From Porticoccus sp. (GTDB lineage: Bacteria > Pseudomonadota > Gammaproteobacteria > Pseudomonadales > Porticoccaceae), in assembly GCF_002707685.1 (NCBI RefSeq), contig NZ_PANQ01000002.1: a DNA stretch of 64,000 bases; one strand, written 5' to 3'. Of the stretch, positions 50,206 through 58,693 are shown piece after piece. Made by a program: the position numbers and the translations under genes. The first letter of the stretch is position 1. Each line of letters starts with the position of its first letter. The notes below the pieces were generated by a model. It ran no database searches. It was not told where the DNA came from and saw only the letters and a list, made by a program, of their open reading frames with translations.

Positions 50206-51120
50206 TTAGTCTTCTTCCATAGTGAGTTCCCCGGGAGATCGATCACTGCGACTGACCCGTTGTAGAAACCGTTCAAGTTGTTCAGACGGTTCGGTATTTG
50301 GGCGCAGTAGATAAGTGGTCAGTGTGGCCATCTCCATATCGAGTGGTCGGGGGACCACATCCGGATGTCGGTACACCTTGAGCTGGGACTCCGTGGCAAA
50401 GCCCAGTCCATAACCGGCGGCCACCAGAGTCAGCATCAAGTCGAGTGACGTGGCATGCTCGGCGACGATGGGCTCTGTCTTCACACTCCTGAGTATCTGG
50501 TCGATTTGCCGACTACACCCCTCGCAGACGTCAGGGTGACAGAGCACCAACGGATAACGCAGCAGGGCGTCCAGTGGCACATGGGTGAAAGACAGCAATG
50601 GATGTCGGGAGGGAATAACAGCGACGAGAGTATCGGCCCAAACAGCATCAACCAAAATACTTTTTTCGACGTTGTCTGTGTGGGCAAAACCGACGTCAAA
50701 AATATCGCTTTGCAGTCCCTTGATTTGTTGGGTCAGAGATCGCTCGAACAAGCGAATTTCCACATCGGGTTCCTCTTCCCTGCAAAGGGCGAGCAGCGAT
50801 GCCAAGCGCGGCTGGACGATGCCATCGGAAAGCACAATTCGCAGAGCGCCACGATAGCCGGTGGCGGCAGCTTTGACGTTATTGCGGGCCTGGTCCAAGA
50901 CGGTAAAGATCCGCTGAACATCTTCTAGGAAAACTTGGCCAGCCCATGTCAATTGAGTTCCACGGCGACTCCGCTGGAACAACAGGACATTGAGTTCTTC
51001 CTCGAGCTCCTTGATGGTGCGGGAGAGGGGAGATTGTTCAATATGCAAACGCGCTGCAGCCCGGGCGAAGTGAAGCTCTTCCGCCAATGCAAGAAAATAA
51101 CGCAGATGGCGAAGTTCCAT
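50206..51120 (-). CDS. LysR-family transcriptional regulator
   Basis: MELRHLRYFLALAEELHFARAAARLHIEQSPLSRTIKELE. Confidence 0.96.
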   Translation of the reverse strand: MELRHLRYFLALAEELHFARAAARLHIEQSPLSRTIKELEEELNVLLFQRSRRGTQLTWAGQVFLEDVQRIFTVLDQARNNVKAAATGYRGALRIVLSDGIVQPRLASLLALCREEEPDVEIRLFERSLTQQIKGLQSDIFDVGFAHTDNVEKSILVDAVWADTLVAVIPSRHPLLSFTHVPLDALLRYPLVLCHPDVCEGCSRQIDQILRSVKTEPIVAEHATSLDLMLTLVAAGYGLGFATESQLKVYRHPDVVPRPLDMEMATLTTYLLRPNTEPSEQLERFLQRVSRSDRSPGELTMEED

Positions 51121-51198
51121 GTTTTCACCCTGATATGCCTGTTTGGTTGTATTGTTTTTGCTCCTTGCGCAGAGCCGGTGTATGTCCTCATGTCGTCA

Positions 51199-51228
51199 GG
51201 CAATCAAAAAAGCGAATTCTTGATTGCC
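51199..51228. terminator. Hairpin downstream of the original tonB stop (possible terminator)
   Basis: GGCAATCAA...TTGATTGCC 9-bp stem. Confidence 0.45.
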
Positions 51229-51244
51229 GCGGTAGGGGTCAACG

Positions 51245-53478
51245 CTCGGGTAGGAACGGCCCATTACTGGGCCGCGCCCCCCTAAGAACCGTACGTGCGA
51301 GTTTCCCCGCATACGGCTCAAGCCTCCGCAAAGCCCTGTTCCACGAGAGCCGCCAGTTCACTTCGTCGGGTGGAGTTGTTGGCCTGTGCGGACCGATCCT
51401 GACGATCCGTGGGCAGCCTTAGCCTGTCGGCAAAGTAACCGTCCCATGCCGGATCAAACGGATTAGCTTCCGCCCTGATTTTACAATGACGGCGGATGGG
51501 AACATCGGTGGCTTTCACCAAGCGCACGGTCGTGCGGTTCCCCTTGTCGTCCGTCACTTCCGCACGGAACACCCAATCTCGCGTACCTTCGAGGACGAAG
51601 TAACGTGCTTTCACCCAGCTACGCGATTTGTTCGAGTGCCTGCGACAGGCCCAGCGCCAGAGTTGCTGCCAGATGAGGTGGTCGACCTTTCGAAAGGTCA
51701 TCTTCGCCACCTGGTTGCGGTGATAATTCGCCCATCCCCGGATGACCGGGTTGAGACGTGCTATCACATCCTCCTGCTTTGCGCCGACAGCGCTCCTGAT
51801 GATTGCCCGAACCTTGCACAAGAAGGCCTGCACATTTTTCCTTGCAGGTCTGATAAGAAGCTTCCCATCATATTTGCGCACGTTCCAGCCGAGGAAGTCG
51901 AAGCCTTCCTCAATATGCGCGATACGCGTCTTCTCATCGGATAGGGAAAGGCCCCTGCGCGACAAGAAGTCCTCGACCATCACCTTCGCTTCTTCAAGAA
52001 GGTCCTTCGACCTACCGGTGATGACGAAGTCGTCGGCATAGCGGATCAGGTGGACCTTGGTACGACGACGGTTCGGTCGCCGGGGACCAAAACGGTCCTG
52101 CAGCATCCTCTCCATCCCGTCCAGGGTCATGTTCGCAAGCGTCGGTGAGATAATACCGCCCTGCGGCGTACCCGCTTCCGTCACGAACAGCTCGCCATCC
52201 TGCATAAAGCCGGATTCCAGCCATTTCCGAAGCACCACCTTGTCCGTGGGGATGTTGGCGATGAGCCAGTCATGGCTGATGTTGTCGAAGCAACCGGCGA
52301 TGTCTGCGTCGAGAACCCAGTCCGCCGCATTCCGCAGACGCAGCGCCTTGTAGCACTGTTCGACGGCATCGCGGCTCGCTCGCTTCGGCCGAAAGCCGTA
52401 GGAGTTGGGGTCCGCTGTGGACTCCGCGACAGGGTCGAGTGCTAGCAGGTGGAGTGCCTGCATGGCCCGATCCTTCATCGTCGGAATGCCCAGCGGGCGC
52501 AGTTTTCCGTTCGCTTTCGGGATATATACCCGTCTCAGCGGCTGCGGGCGGTAGCCCCGCCGCGTAAGCGACAACATTCCTCTGGCACGTCTGCCCGGCG
52601 TGTCCCAGATTGCTCCATCGACACCGGGAGTACTCTTTCCTCGATTTTCCGTAACCCGCTTAACGGCAAGGGCCTTGCCACTTTGCGAGTGGGTCAGCAG
52701 CCATTGCAACGCTTTCACCTTGCCCCAGCGGCCTTCCCGAACTGCCTTCGCGATACGCACTTGCAGCCTTCGCACGGTTCGATCCACCCCGGCCCAATCA
52801 ATCCGGTGCCAGTCGGCCTCACCGCCGGAGGCCGCACCAGTCATGTTCATGACCATCATTTGCCTGTCCTCCTTTTCGAGGGTTCTACAAATTCTCTCGC
52901 GACGAGAGACCTGTCGGAAGTCTGCTCCCTTTCGGGCGAGGTAATATTGGCAGACCGCAACCTCTATCCACGTCGTTACAACGCGGCATTCGCTTTCTCC
53001 GACCTCGCATACCCGCACCCCCATCAACTTTCCTTGCGGTCCGCCTGCCCGTTGCCGGGCGGGGATACGGGCTTACCGTGTTTCACCTATGTAACGAAGT
53101 GGGTTAGACCCTGCCTCTTCGCCGGCGGTCATGATGTCCGTGTGCCCCCACTGAACAGAGAGGCAGCCGACCGCGCACCTTTTGGTTCAAGCCTGTCAGC
53201 ATCTTTGGCTTGTCATTCTAAACGACGTTTATCAGCAGTTCACATATGTTGGTCATACCACCCAGCCTGGCGCCCTATCCACATCGATGCTCATAGATAA
53301 TGCTAATACTTCACAGTATCGGCACGATCCGAAGACCCGGCTACGTTGTCCCGGCAGCTTCACACCGGACCGTTACCAGTCCCGCATGTGCCGGTAGGCT
53401 ACTGATGACGGAACATCAGGTTTCTCTCAAGGATTACCTCCTTTTGAAACAATTACATAGGCGACGTCAACGTCGCAC
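51245..53478 (-). mobile_element. Group II intron (IIB-like RNA), about 2234 nt, inserted at the penultimate codon boundary of tonB
   Basis: 5' GTGCG at 53478. Domain V GAGCCGTATGCGGGGAAACTCGCACGTACGGTTC at 51319-51286. Domain VI with bulged A (CCT-A-CCC). RT ORF in domain IV. Confidence 0.93.
51318..52859 (-). CDS. ltrA: Group II intron reverse transcriptase/maturase without an HNH endonuclease domain (513 aa)
   Basis: AGGAGG RBS, RPLGIPTMKDRAMQ, GTPQGGIISP, YADD and GWANYH (domain X). The ORF ends shortly after NPFDPAW, with its stop overlapping domain V. Confidence 0.95.
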   Translation of the reverse strand: MMVMNMTGAASGGEADWHRIDWAGVDRTVRRLQVRIAKAVREGRWGKVKALQWLLTHSQSGKALAVKRVTENRGKSTPGVDGAIWDTPGRRARGMLSLTRRGYRPQPLRRVYIPKANGKLRPLGIPTMKDRAMQALHLLALDPVAESTADPNSYGFRPKRASRDAVEQCYKALRLRNAADWVLDADIAGCFDNISHDWLIANIPTDKVVLRKWLESGFMQDGELFVTEAGTPQGGIISPTLANMTLDGMERMLQDRFGPRRPNRRRTKVHLIRYADDFVITGRSKDLLEEAKVMVEDFLSRRGLSLSDEKTRIAHIEEGFDFLGWNVRKYDGKLLIRPARKNVQAFLCKVRAIIRSAVGAKQEDVIARLNPVIRGWANYHRNQVAKMTFRKVDHLIWQQLWRWACRRHSNKSRSWVKARYFVLEGTRDWVFRAEVTDDKGNRTTVRLVKATDVPIRRHCKIRAEANPFDPAWDGYFADRLRLPTDRQDRSAQANNSTRRSELAALVEQGFAEA

Positions 53479-54354
53479 ATTCAAGAAGAATTCAACCGGC
53501 ACCACGAATTCGAGCGCTTCACCTTGCATCTCCACAGGAGGTTTGGGCAAGGGTTGGGCACGGTCAATCAGCGCCAAGGTTTCTTCGTCCAGCAGAGGAT
53601 ATCCCGCGCTTTGTTCGATACTTTTTGTCAGCACATTGCCTTCCCGGTCCATGGTGAAGCGCAAGTAGGCAACCCCCTCCTGCCGGTATCGGCGTGCTTG
53701 GGTGGGGTAGCTCTTGGCCTCATTGAGCTTCAACATCAGGCTGTTTTGCCAGGTGGGGATGGCGTTCGAGTTGACAGCGGGTGCGGAGACACCTTGGTTT
53801 GGCGCAGCGGCTTCTACGTCATCCTGGGGTGCATCTGGCGGTGCACTGGCTGCGCTGGCCGGTTTATCTTCGGGTGGAGTGATCTCCGGTTCTTCTTGCT
53901 GAAGCTCATTTGACGTTTGTTTTTCGGGCTTTGGTTCGGATTTCGGTTTCACCGCCACTTCCGGTTTAACCGCAGGTGGTGCCGGAGGAATTTCCGGTTC
54001 GGGTTCCTGTTGTGGCTCGGGCTCGGGGGGAGGTGCGACTTCCGCCTGCTCAGGACCGGGTGGCATATCCGGTTGTGAGGCTGGCGCCACTGGCGCGGGA
54101 GCCAGTTCGACCACCATGGCGGCGGGCGGTGGTGCATTGGTGCCGGGGTTTTGCTCCGGTATCAGCCACCAGGTCAGGGGTGCGCCGTAAGCGACCACAA
54201 CCATCAGTAGGGACGTCAGCCAGCGGAAAGTGTTGTTTTCTCTCGGGACGGGCTCGTCGTCCAGTTTGGGCGCGATGTCCGCAACGTCCGGGGAAAGTCT
54301 GCCGCTTGCCTTGACCAGCGTCAGCGTGGGTTTGCGGGCCAGGTTGTCTTTCAT
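53467..54354 (-). CDS. tonB: Energy transducer TonB (C-terminus rewritten by the intron)
   Basis: TM anchor, Pro/Glu/Lys-rich linker, and C-terminal domain YPTQARR..EG..SAGYPLLDEE..AQPLP. Confidence 0.9.
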   Translation of the reverse strand: MKDNLARKPTLTLVKASGRLSPDVADIAPKLDDEPVPRENNTFRWLTSLLMVVVAYGAPLTWWLIPEQNPGTNAPPPAAMVVELAPAPVAPASQPDMPPGPEQAEVAPPPEPEPQQEPEPEIPPAPPAVKPEVAVKPKSEPKPEKQTSNELQQEEPEITPPEDKPASAASAPPDAPQDDVEAAAPNQGVSAPAVNSNAIPTWQNSLMLKLNEAKSYPTQARRYRQEGVAYLRFTMDREGNVLTKSIEQSAGYPLLDEETLALIDRAQPLPKPPVEMQGEALEFVVPVEFFLNVRR

Positions 54355-54800
54355 GAACCTGGTCTCTCTATGGCTGTGCTTCCCGAGCCCCCGGCTTCCA
54401 GGGCCACTAGTGCAACTTTCAGATAGCCTGCTTCCCGCAGCCGGTTCATGGTTTGCATCAGAGTATCGTAGTCCACGGTTTTGTCCGCGCGCAGAAAGAT
54501 ACGCTGTTCCACATTATCGTCCGAGGAGGCCTTCAAGGCATTGGGCAGGGTTTCCAGCGTGACAGCATCGTTGCCCAAGGCCAGGCTGTGATCCGCCTTG
54601 ATGGTCAGGTACAGGGGTTTGTCGGATTTTGGTTGGGATTCTGCAGTGGAAGCGGGTAAATCCACCTTCACATCCACAGTTGCAAGGGGCGCGGCCACCA
54701 TAAAGATAATTAGCAGTACCAGCATGACATCGATAAAGGGCGTGACATTGATCTCGTGGTTTTCCACCAGTTCGTCGTCGTGTTGGATCCTGGCGGCCAT
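54351..54800 (-). CDS. exbD: ExbD
   Basis: INVTPFIDVMLVLLIIFMVAAPL and LRADKTVDY. Confidence 0.95.
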   Translation of the reverse strand: MAARIQHDDELVENHEINVTPFIDVMLVLLIIFMVAAPLATVDVKVDLPASTAESQPKSDKPLYLTIKADHSLALGNDAVTLETLPNALKASSDDNVEQRIFLRADKTVDYDTLMQTMNRLREAGYLKVALVALEAGGSGSTAIERPGS

Positions 54801-54803
54801 GGC

Positions 54804-55454
54804 TTAGTCCTCTCCAACGGCCTTGAGGCCGGTAATTGTGTGACGGCTAAGGTCGCGGGATACCAGCCTCAGAATGGCTACGGAAGTGTCACCCACCAAT
54901 GCCTTGTAGGCGGCGATCTGACGGGCAAAGTGGTTGTAAATCACCACGGCGGGGATAGCTGCCACCAGACCCAGGGCGGTGGCCAATAGGGCTTCGGCAA
55001 TCCCGGGGGCTACTACCGCCAGGTTGGTGGTTTGTGCTTTTGAGATGCCGATAAAACTGTTCATGATGCCCCATACCGTGCCGAACAGACCGACAAAGGG
55101 TGCGGTGGCGCCGATGGTAGCGAGGATGCTGGTGCCCTTGGTGATCCTCCTGCCGCTGGCAGCTTCCAACCGTTCCAGGCTGGAAGCAACCCGTTCCTTG
55201 ACGCCTTCGGTATCCGCCAAGGTGTTGGCAGACAAGCGCAGCTCCTTGGCGGCGGCGCGGGTCAGTTCTGTGCTGCCCTGGCCTTCATCGAGCTTTTCGT
55301 GGGCGGCTTTCAGGCTGTCCGCATCAGATAGGACCGAGAGGGATTGTCGTTGCCGCTTAACCAGGATCCGTAACTCCCGGGTCTTGGCTACCAGCACTGT
55401 CCAGGTGGCAATGGAGGCCAGCGCCAGGCCGATCATCACCGCTTTCACCACCCA
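54804..55454 (-). pseudogene. exbB: 5'-truncated exbB
   Basis: WVVKAVMIGL..ATAPFVGLFGTVWGIMNSF..APGIAEALLAT. Upstream DNA belongs to a different gene on the opposite strand. Confidence 0.85.
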
Positions 55455-55773
55455 GGCCTTGTCTCAGGGGCAGCGGAAGCGGCTTGCCTTGGTGGCAGCC
55501 TGCCTGGAGGACCGCCCGTTTCTGGTGTTCGACGAATGGGCGGCTGACCAGGATCCGGTATTCAAAGAGGTGTTTTACCGGGAGTTGTTACCCGAGCTGA
55601 AAACGCAGGGCAAGGCGGTGCTGGTGATCTCCCACGACGACCGCTACTTCCATCTTGGTGACCGGTTGTTGAAGCTGGAAGATGGACAACTATCCAGCAT
55701 TGAGCAGACCGAAACCGCAGTGGAGCAACCGACGGTAAATCTTCGTCCAGCAGTGCCGGTGGGGTCGTCCTAG
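55444..55773 (+). pseudogene. 3' fragment of a cyclic-peptide/siderophore export ABC transporter (PvdE/SyrD/YojI-like)
   Basis: LSQGQRKRLAL, FDEWAADQDPVF and ISHDDRYF. Walker A and the TM domain are absent. Confidence 0.88.
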
Positions 55774-57623
55774 GCATGCGTCCCGTTCTGGTCTGCTTTG
55801 TCATTTCCCTGAAGTTCGATCAGGGAAAGGTACGGATTATTTGGTGGAGTCTCATTCATTAATACGCCAGGATCCGCCATTAGATACCCGTGTACTTTCC
55901 GCGATTTCCTGGGGCCGGTGACGTTGAACGTCCAGATGTTCAGGCCATCGGCTTGTTTGCGGTGCAGTTGCAGGCGTTCGAAGCGTTTTTGAATCCACTG
56001 CCAGTCCTTGACTTGATCCTGTTTGGCGAGGGGAGAGATTTCAGGATGCTCCTGCGCGTAGCGTTGGAATATTCCCGGGCTGATCAGGCAAAAGGTATCC
56101 TCAACGGTATGTACCAGGGCCTTGGCGTCATTGATGATCAGTTTTCGGCTCAGCATGCTGGTTCTCAGCCACTCTGTGAAATGCTCGCCTGACGGTTCCT
56201 GTGGCGGAGGGTGGGTGATAGGTGAGTCGGTTACTGTTGGTTTTTGGGAGGAAGGTGTTGTTACTCCTGAACCGGTGTTTTCAGCTTCGGCTGCGGTCCC
56301 TTTTCCGGCGCCACCTGTTGGCTCACCCCGCTTGGGGCTGGATAGCAGATCCATTAATGCGTCGATATCGTCGGTCTGAGCCCTTTCGGCAGGGGCATCA
56401 CTTTTCTTGGGCTGGGCGGGCGCTTGTCGTGGCGTTGTCTCTGGTGACACTTCGGCATGCGTGTCGTTCTGAGCGTCCTGTTCAATCTGTACGGTGCCGC
56501 TAAACGGTGCCGGTCTGTCGCCCGCTTCCCAGATGAGTGAGGGTGACAATTTGAGGAAGGTGAAGGTGTTGACCCAGCCATTGTCGCCGGTGACGGTGGC
56601 CCGCCAAATGGCTTTGCCCTCGCCATTGGGTTGAATCATACCGTGGTCCTGCAGCACGTCGAACAACACTGTATTCTTTTCCGGAATCCCTTCCAGTCCC
56701 TGAGACAACAGGTGTGCCCGCAGCTTGTCGGAGATGGTTTTGCTCACCAGCCACAGGGTTTCCTGGGTCAGCCAGCCGTCCGAGGCCTGGGGCTGGTTGA
56801 GTTTGAAGGCCTCCCTGACCAGATAGCGCAGCCCCTCCAAAAGTTTGCGTTGCAATGCCTGTTTGGGCGCGGCCAGTGCTTTGGCGGGGTTGCCGCCGAG
56901 GGCCTGGGCAACCGAGGCCTGATCAGCTTTGGTGACCAGTTCACCCAGTATCCCGGCGTGTTCGTATTTACCCGCCAGCATATAGAGCAGCGCGGACCAC
57001 AGTTCAGGGTAGGCACACAGCCAGTCGAGAATAGCGCGGCTGAGCAGTTGGGTGTACAGCAGTCCGGAGGCGGCGCTGTGCAGGCGGTATTCGCGGTTCG
57101 GTTGGTAACGGAAGCGGTATGGGGCGGACAAGGGGCCGTGCCAGGGATGCCACACTGTGCCGTCCCGGTACTCGACATGTAGATCCACAGCGACCTTGCC
57201 GATATCGTGCAGCAGTGCCGCGTAGGCGAGACCGGCTGTCCAGGCATCGGCCTGGGCGGCTTGTGTTTCCGGCGGCGCGCCCGGCGGCAGGAGGTGGGAT
57301 TGCCTCAGCTTCAAGGCGTAGATGACGATTTCCAGGCCGTGATCCAGCATCCCGCCGGGGTAGGCGTGGTGATGGCTTTCCGAGGCTGGAAAGGCCTGTA
57401 CCCATTCGGCGTATCGCTCCAGTGGGGCCCGGTAGAGCGTGGCGTATTGCTGTCTGGAGACGGCGGTGAGCTGCCAGATGCGCTCCAGCAGTTTTTGGCG
57501 ATGGGGCTCTCCCAGCAGGGAGGCGGCGCTCCGCGGAGGGAACAGGCCTGTGACTTCCTCTGTGCCCGGAGTGGATGAGGGTGGTGGCCTTTTGCCAATT
57601 TTGGATCGAAGCAGTGTAAACAT
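55770..57623 (-). CDS. traI: MobH-family (TraI_2, PFGI-1 class) ICE relaxase
   Basis: PASESHHHAYPGG.LDH.LE, LLHDIGK, ADQASV, and a C-terminal DUF1528-like region. Confidence 0.95.
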   Translation of the reverse strand: MFTLLRSKIGKRPPPSSTPGTEEVTGLFPPRSAASLLGEPHRQKLLERIWQLTAVSRQQYATLYRAPLERYAEWVQAFPASESHHHAYPGGMLDHGLEIVIYALKLRQSHLLPPGAPPETQAAQADAWTAGLAYAALLHDIGKVAVDLHVEYRDGTVWHPWHGPLSAPYRFRYQPNREYRLHSAASGLLYTQLLSRAILDWLCAYPELWSALLYMLAGKYEHAGILGELVTKADQASVAQALGGNPAKALAAPKQALQRKLLEGLRYLVREAFKLNQPQASDGWLTQETLWLVSKTISDKLRAHLLSQGLEGIPEKNTVLFDVLQDHGMIQPNGEGKAIWRATVTGDNGWVNTFTFLKLSPSLIWEAGDRPAPFSGTVQIEQDAQNDTHAEVSPETTPRQAPAQPKKSDAPAERAQTDDIDALMDLLSSPKRGEPTGGAGKGTAAEAENTGSGVTTPSSQKPTVTDSPITHPPPQEPSGEHFTEWLRTSMLSRKLIINDAKALVHTVEDTFCLISPGIFQRYAQEHPEISPLAKQDQVKDWQWIQKRFERLQLHRKQADGLNIWTFNVTGPRKSRKVHGYLMADPGVLMNETPPNNPYLSLIELQGNDKADQNGTHA

Positions 57624-57779
57624 GACGCTATCAGATACGGGGCCGGATAAAGGTGACATCCGGGTATAAGGCATCGGGCGCGTGGCGGCTATGGAGAATG
57701 GGAAATGGCGTTGGTGCGGATTACCTCCGTTTTCGGTCCATCCCAAAAGCGACAGGGTTTCGCATCGTTGTGGCATAGC

Positions 57780-57960
57780 GATTTTGGGTATTCTTGAACG
57801 CCAGGAGAATATTTCTCTGTTGGGCGAGGATGATTGGCGGGAGAGCCTTTTCGCCTTTTACAGGTAGGGCCTTTCCCCTTGATCACCCTTCCGTTGTGCC
57901 AGCCTTTTCAGCCCTTAATGCCGTTTGGGGTTGCGACGGTACGCATGTGCTGAGGATGTC
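57780..57960. other. Candidate oriT / traI upstream region
   Basis: Non-coding region upstream of traI with repeated GCCTTT(T) motifs. An ICEclc oriT is known to lie upstream of traI. Confidence 0.4.
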
Positions 57961-57983
57961 TTTGGGAGGGTATTGAATTTCTG

Positions 57984-58016
57984 TTAGTCAATGACTAATA
58001 TGCAGTCATTGACTAA
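57984..58016. promoter_or_regulatory. Operator of the toxin-antitoxin operon
   Basis: TTAGTCAATGACT-N7-AGTCATTGACTAA perfect 13-bp inverted repeat just before the GGAGGAG RBS. Confidence 0.75.
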
Positions 58017-58028
58017 TGGAGGAGAGCC

Positions 58029-58277
58029 ATGGCTACAATGACTATTCGTAATATTGAAGACGAGCTCAAGACTCGATTGCGTGTGCAAGCCGCTTCACAC
58101 GGACGGTCGATGGAAGATGAGGCTCGGGACATTCTTCGGGCGGCATTGTCGTCTGAACCGGTACGGGGCGCTTCCCTGGTGAAGGCGATCCGGGAGCGCA
58201 TTGCACCTACGGAAGGCATTGAGCTGGAGCTGCCCGCCCGGGAGGCGATCCGCACGCCACCGGAGTTGGATGCGTGA
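58029..58277 (+). CDS. FitA-like ribbon-helix-helix antitoxin
   Basis: MATMTIRNIEDELKTRLRVQAASHGRSMEDEAR. Confidence 0.9.
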   Translation: MATMTIRNIEDELKTRLRVQAASHGRSMEDEARDILRAALSSEPVRGASLVKAIRERIAPTEGIELELPAREAIRTPPELDA

Positions 58278-58693
58278 TTATCCTGGACACAAACGTGTTG
58301 TCCGAAACATTGCGTCCAAGTCCGGACGCGCGCGCCCTGGCGTGGTTGGAGGCGCAACCTCGCGCGGCGTTGTTTACCACCACAATCACCCAGGCGGAGG
58401 TGCTATATGGTGTTCGCGTGCTACCGAATGGCCAGCGTAAAGCTGCGTTGTTGGATGCTGTTCAGGCTATTTTTGTCTCCGACATGGCCGGGCAGGTGCT
58501 GGGGTTTGACAGTGATGCTGCGGCAGCCTATGCGGAAATTGCCGCCTTCCGTAAAACGGCGGGTAAGCCGATCAGCCAGTTTGACGCCATGATTGCCGCG
58601 GTGGCCAAATCCCGTGGCGCCGGTCTGGCGACACGAAACGTCAAGGATTTCGCCGATTGCGGTATCCAAGTGGTAGATCCTTGGCAGTATTGA
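58274..58693 (+). CDS. vapC: VapC/FitB PIN-domain toxin
   Basis: IILDTNVLSE, FDAMIAAVA and LATRNVKDF. GTGA overlap with the antitoxin. Confidence 0.93.
   Translation: MIILDTNVLSETLRPSPDARALAWLEAQPRAALFTTTITQAEVLYGVRVLPNGQRKAALLDAVQAIFVSDMAGQVLGFDSDAAAAYAEIAAFRKTAGKPISQFDAMIAAVAKSRGAGLATRNVKDFADCGIQVVDPWQY

Noticed and set aside
51318-53027. Reverse transcriptase as a retron, DGR, CRISPR-RT or Abi defence RT
   Set aside because: It is enclosed by GTGCG, domain V and domain VI and has maturase domain X, so it is a group II intron protein. The 5' 56 codons of the listed ORF are intron RNA (domains III-IV).
54979-55773. 264-aa plus-strand ORF as a novel gene
   Set aside because: It is a chimera. 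The first about 155 codons are the antisense of exbB and only the part from about 55444 is real ABC-transporter sequence.
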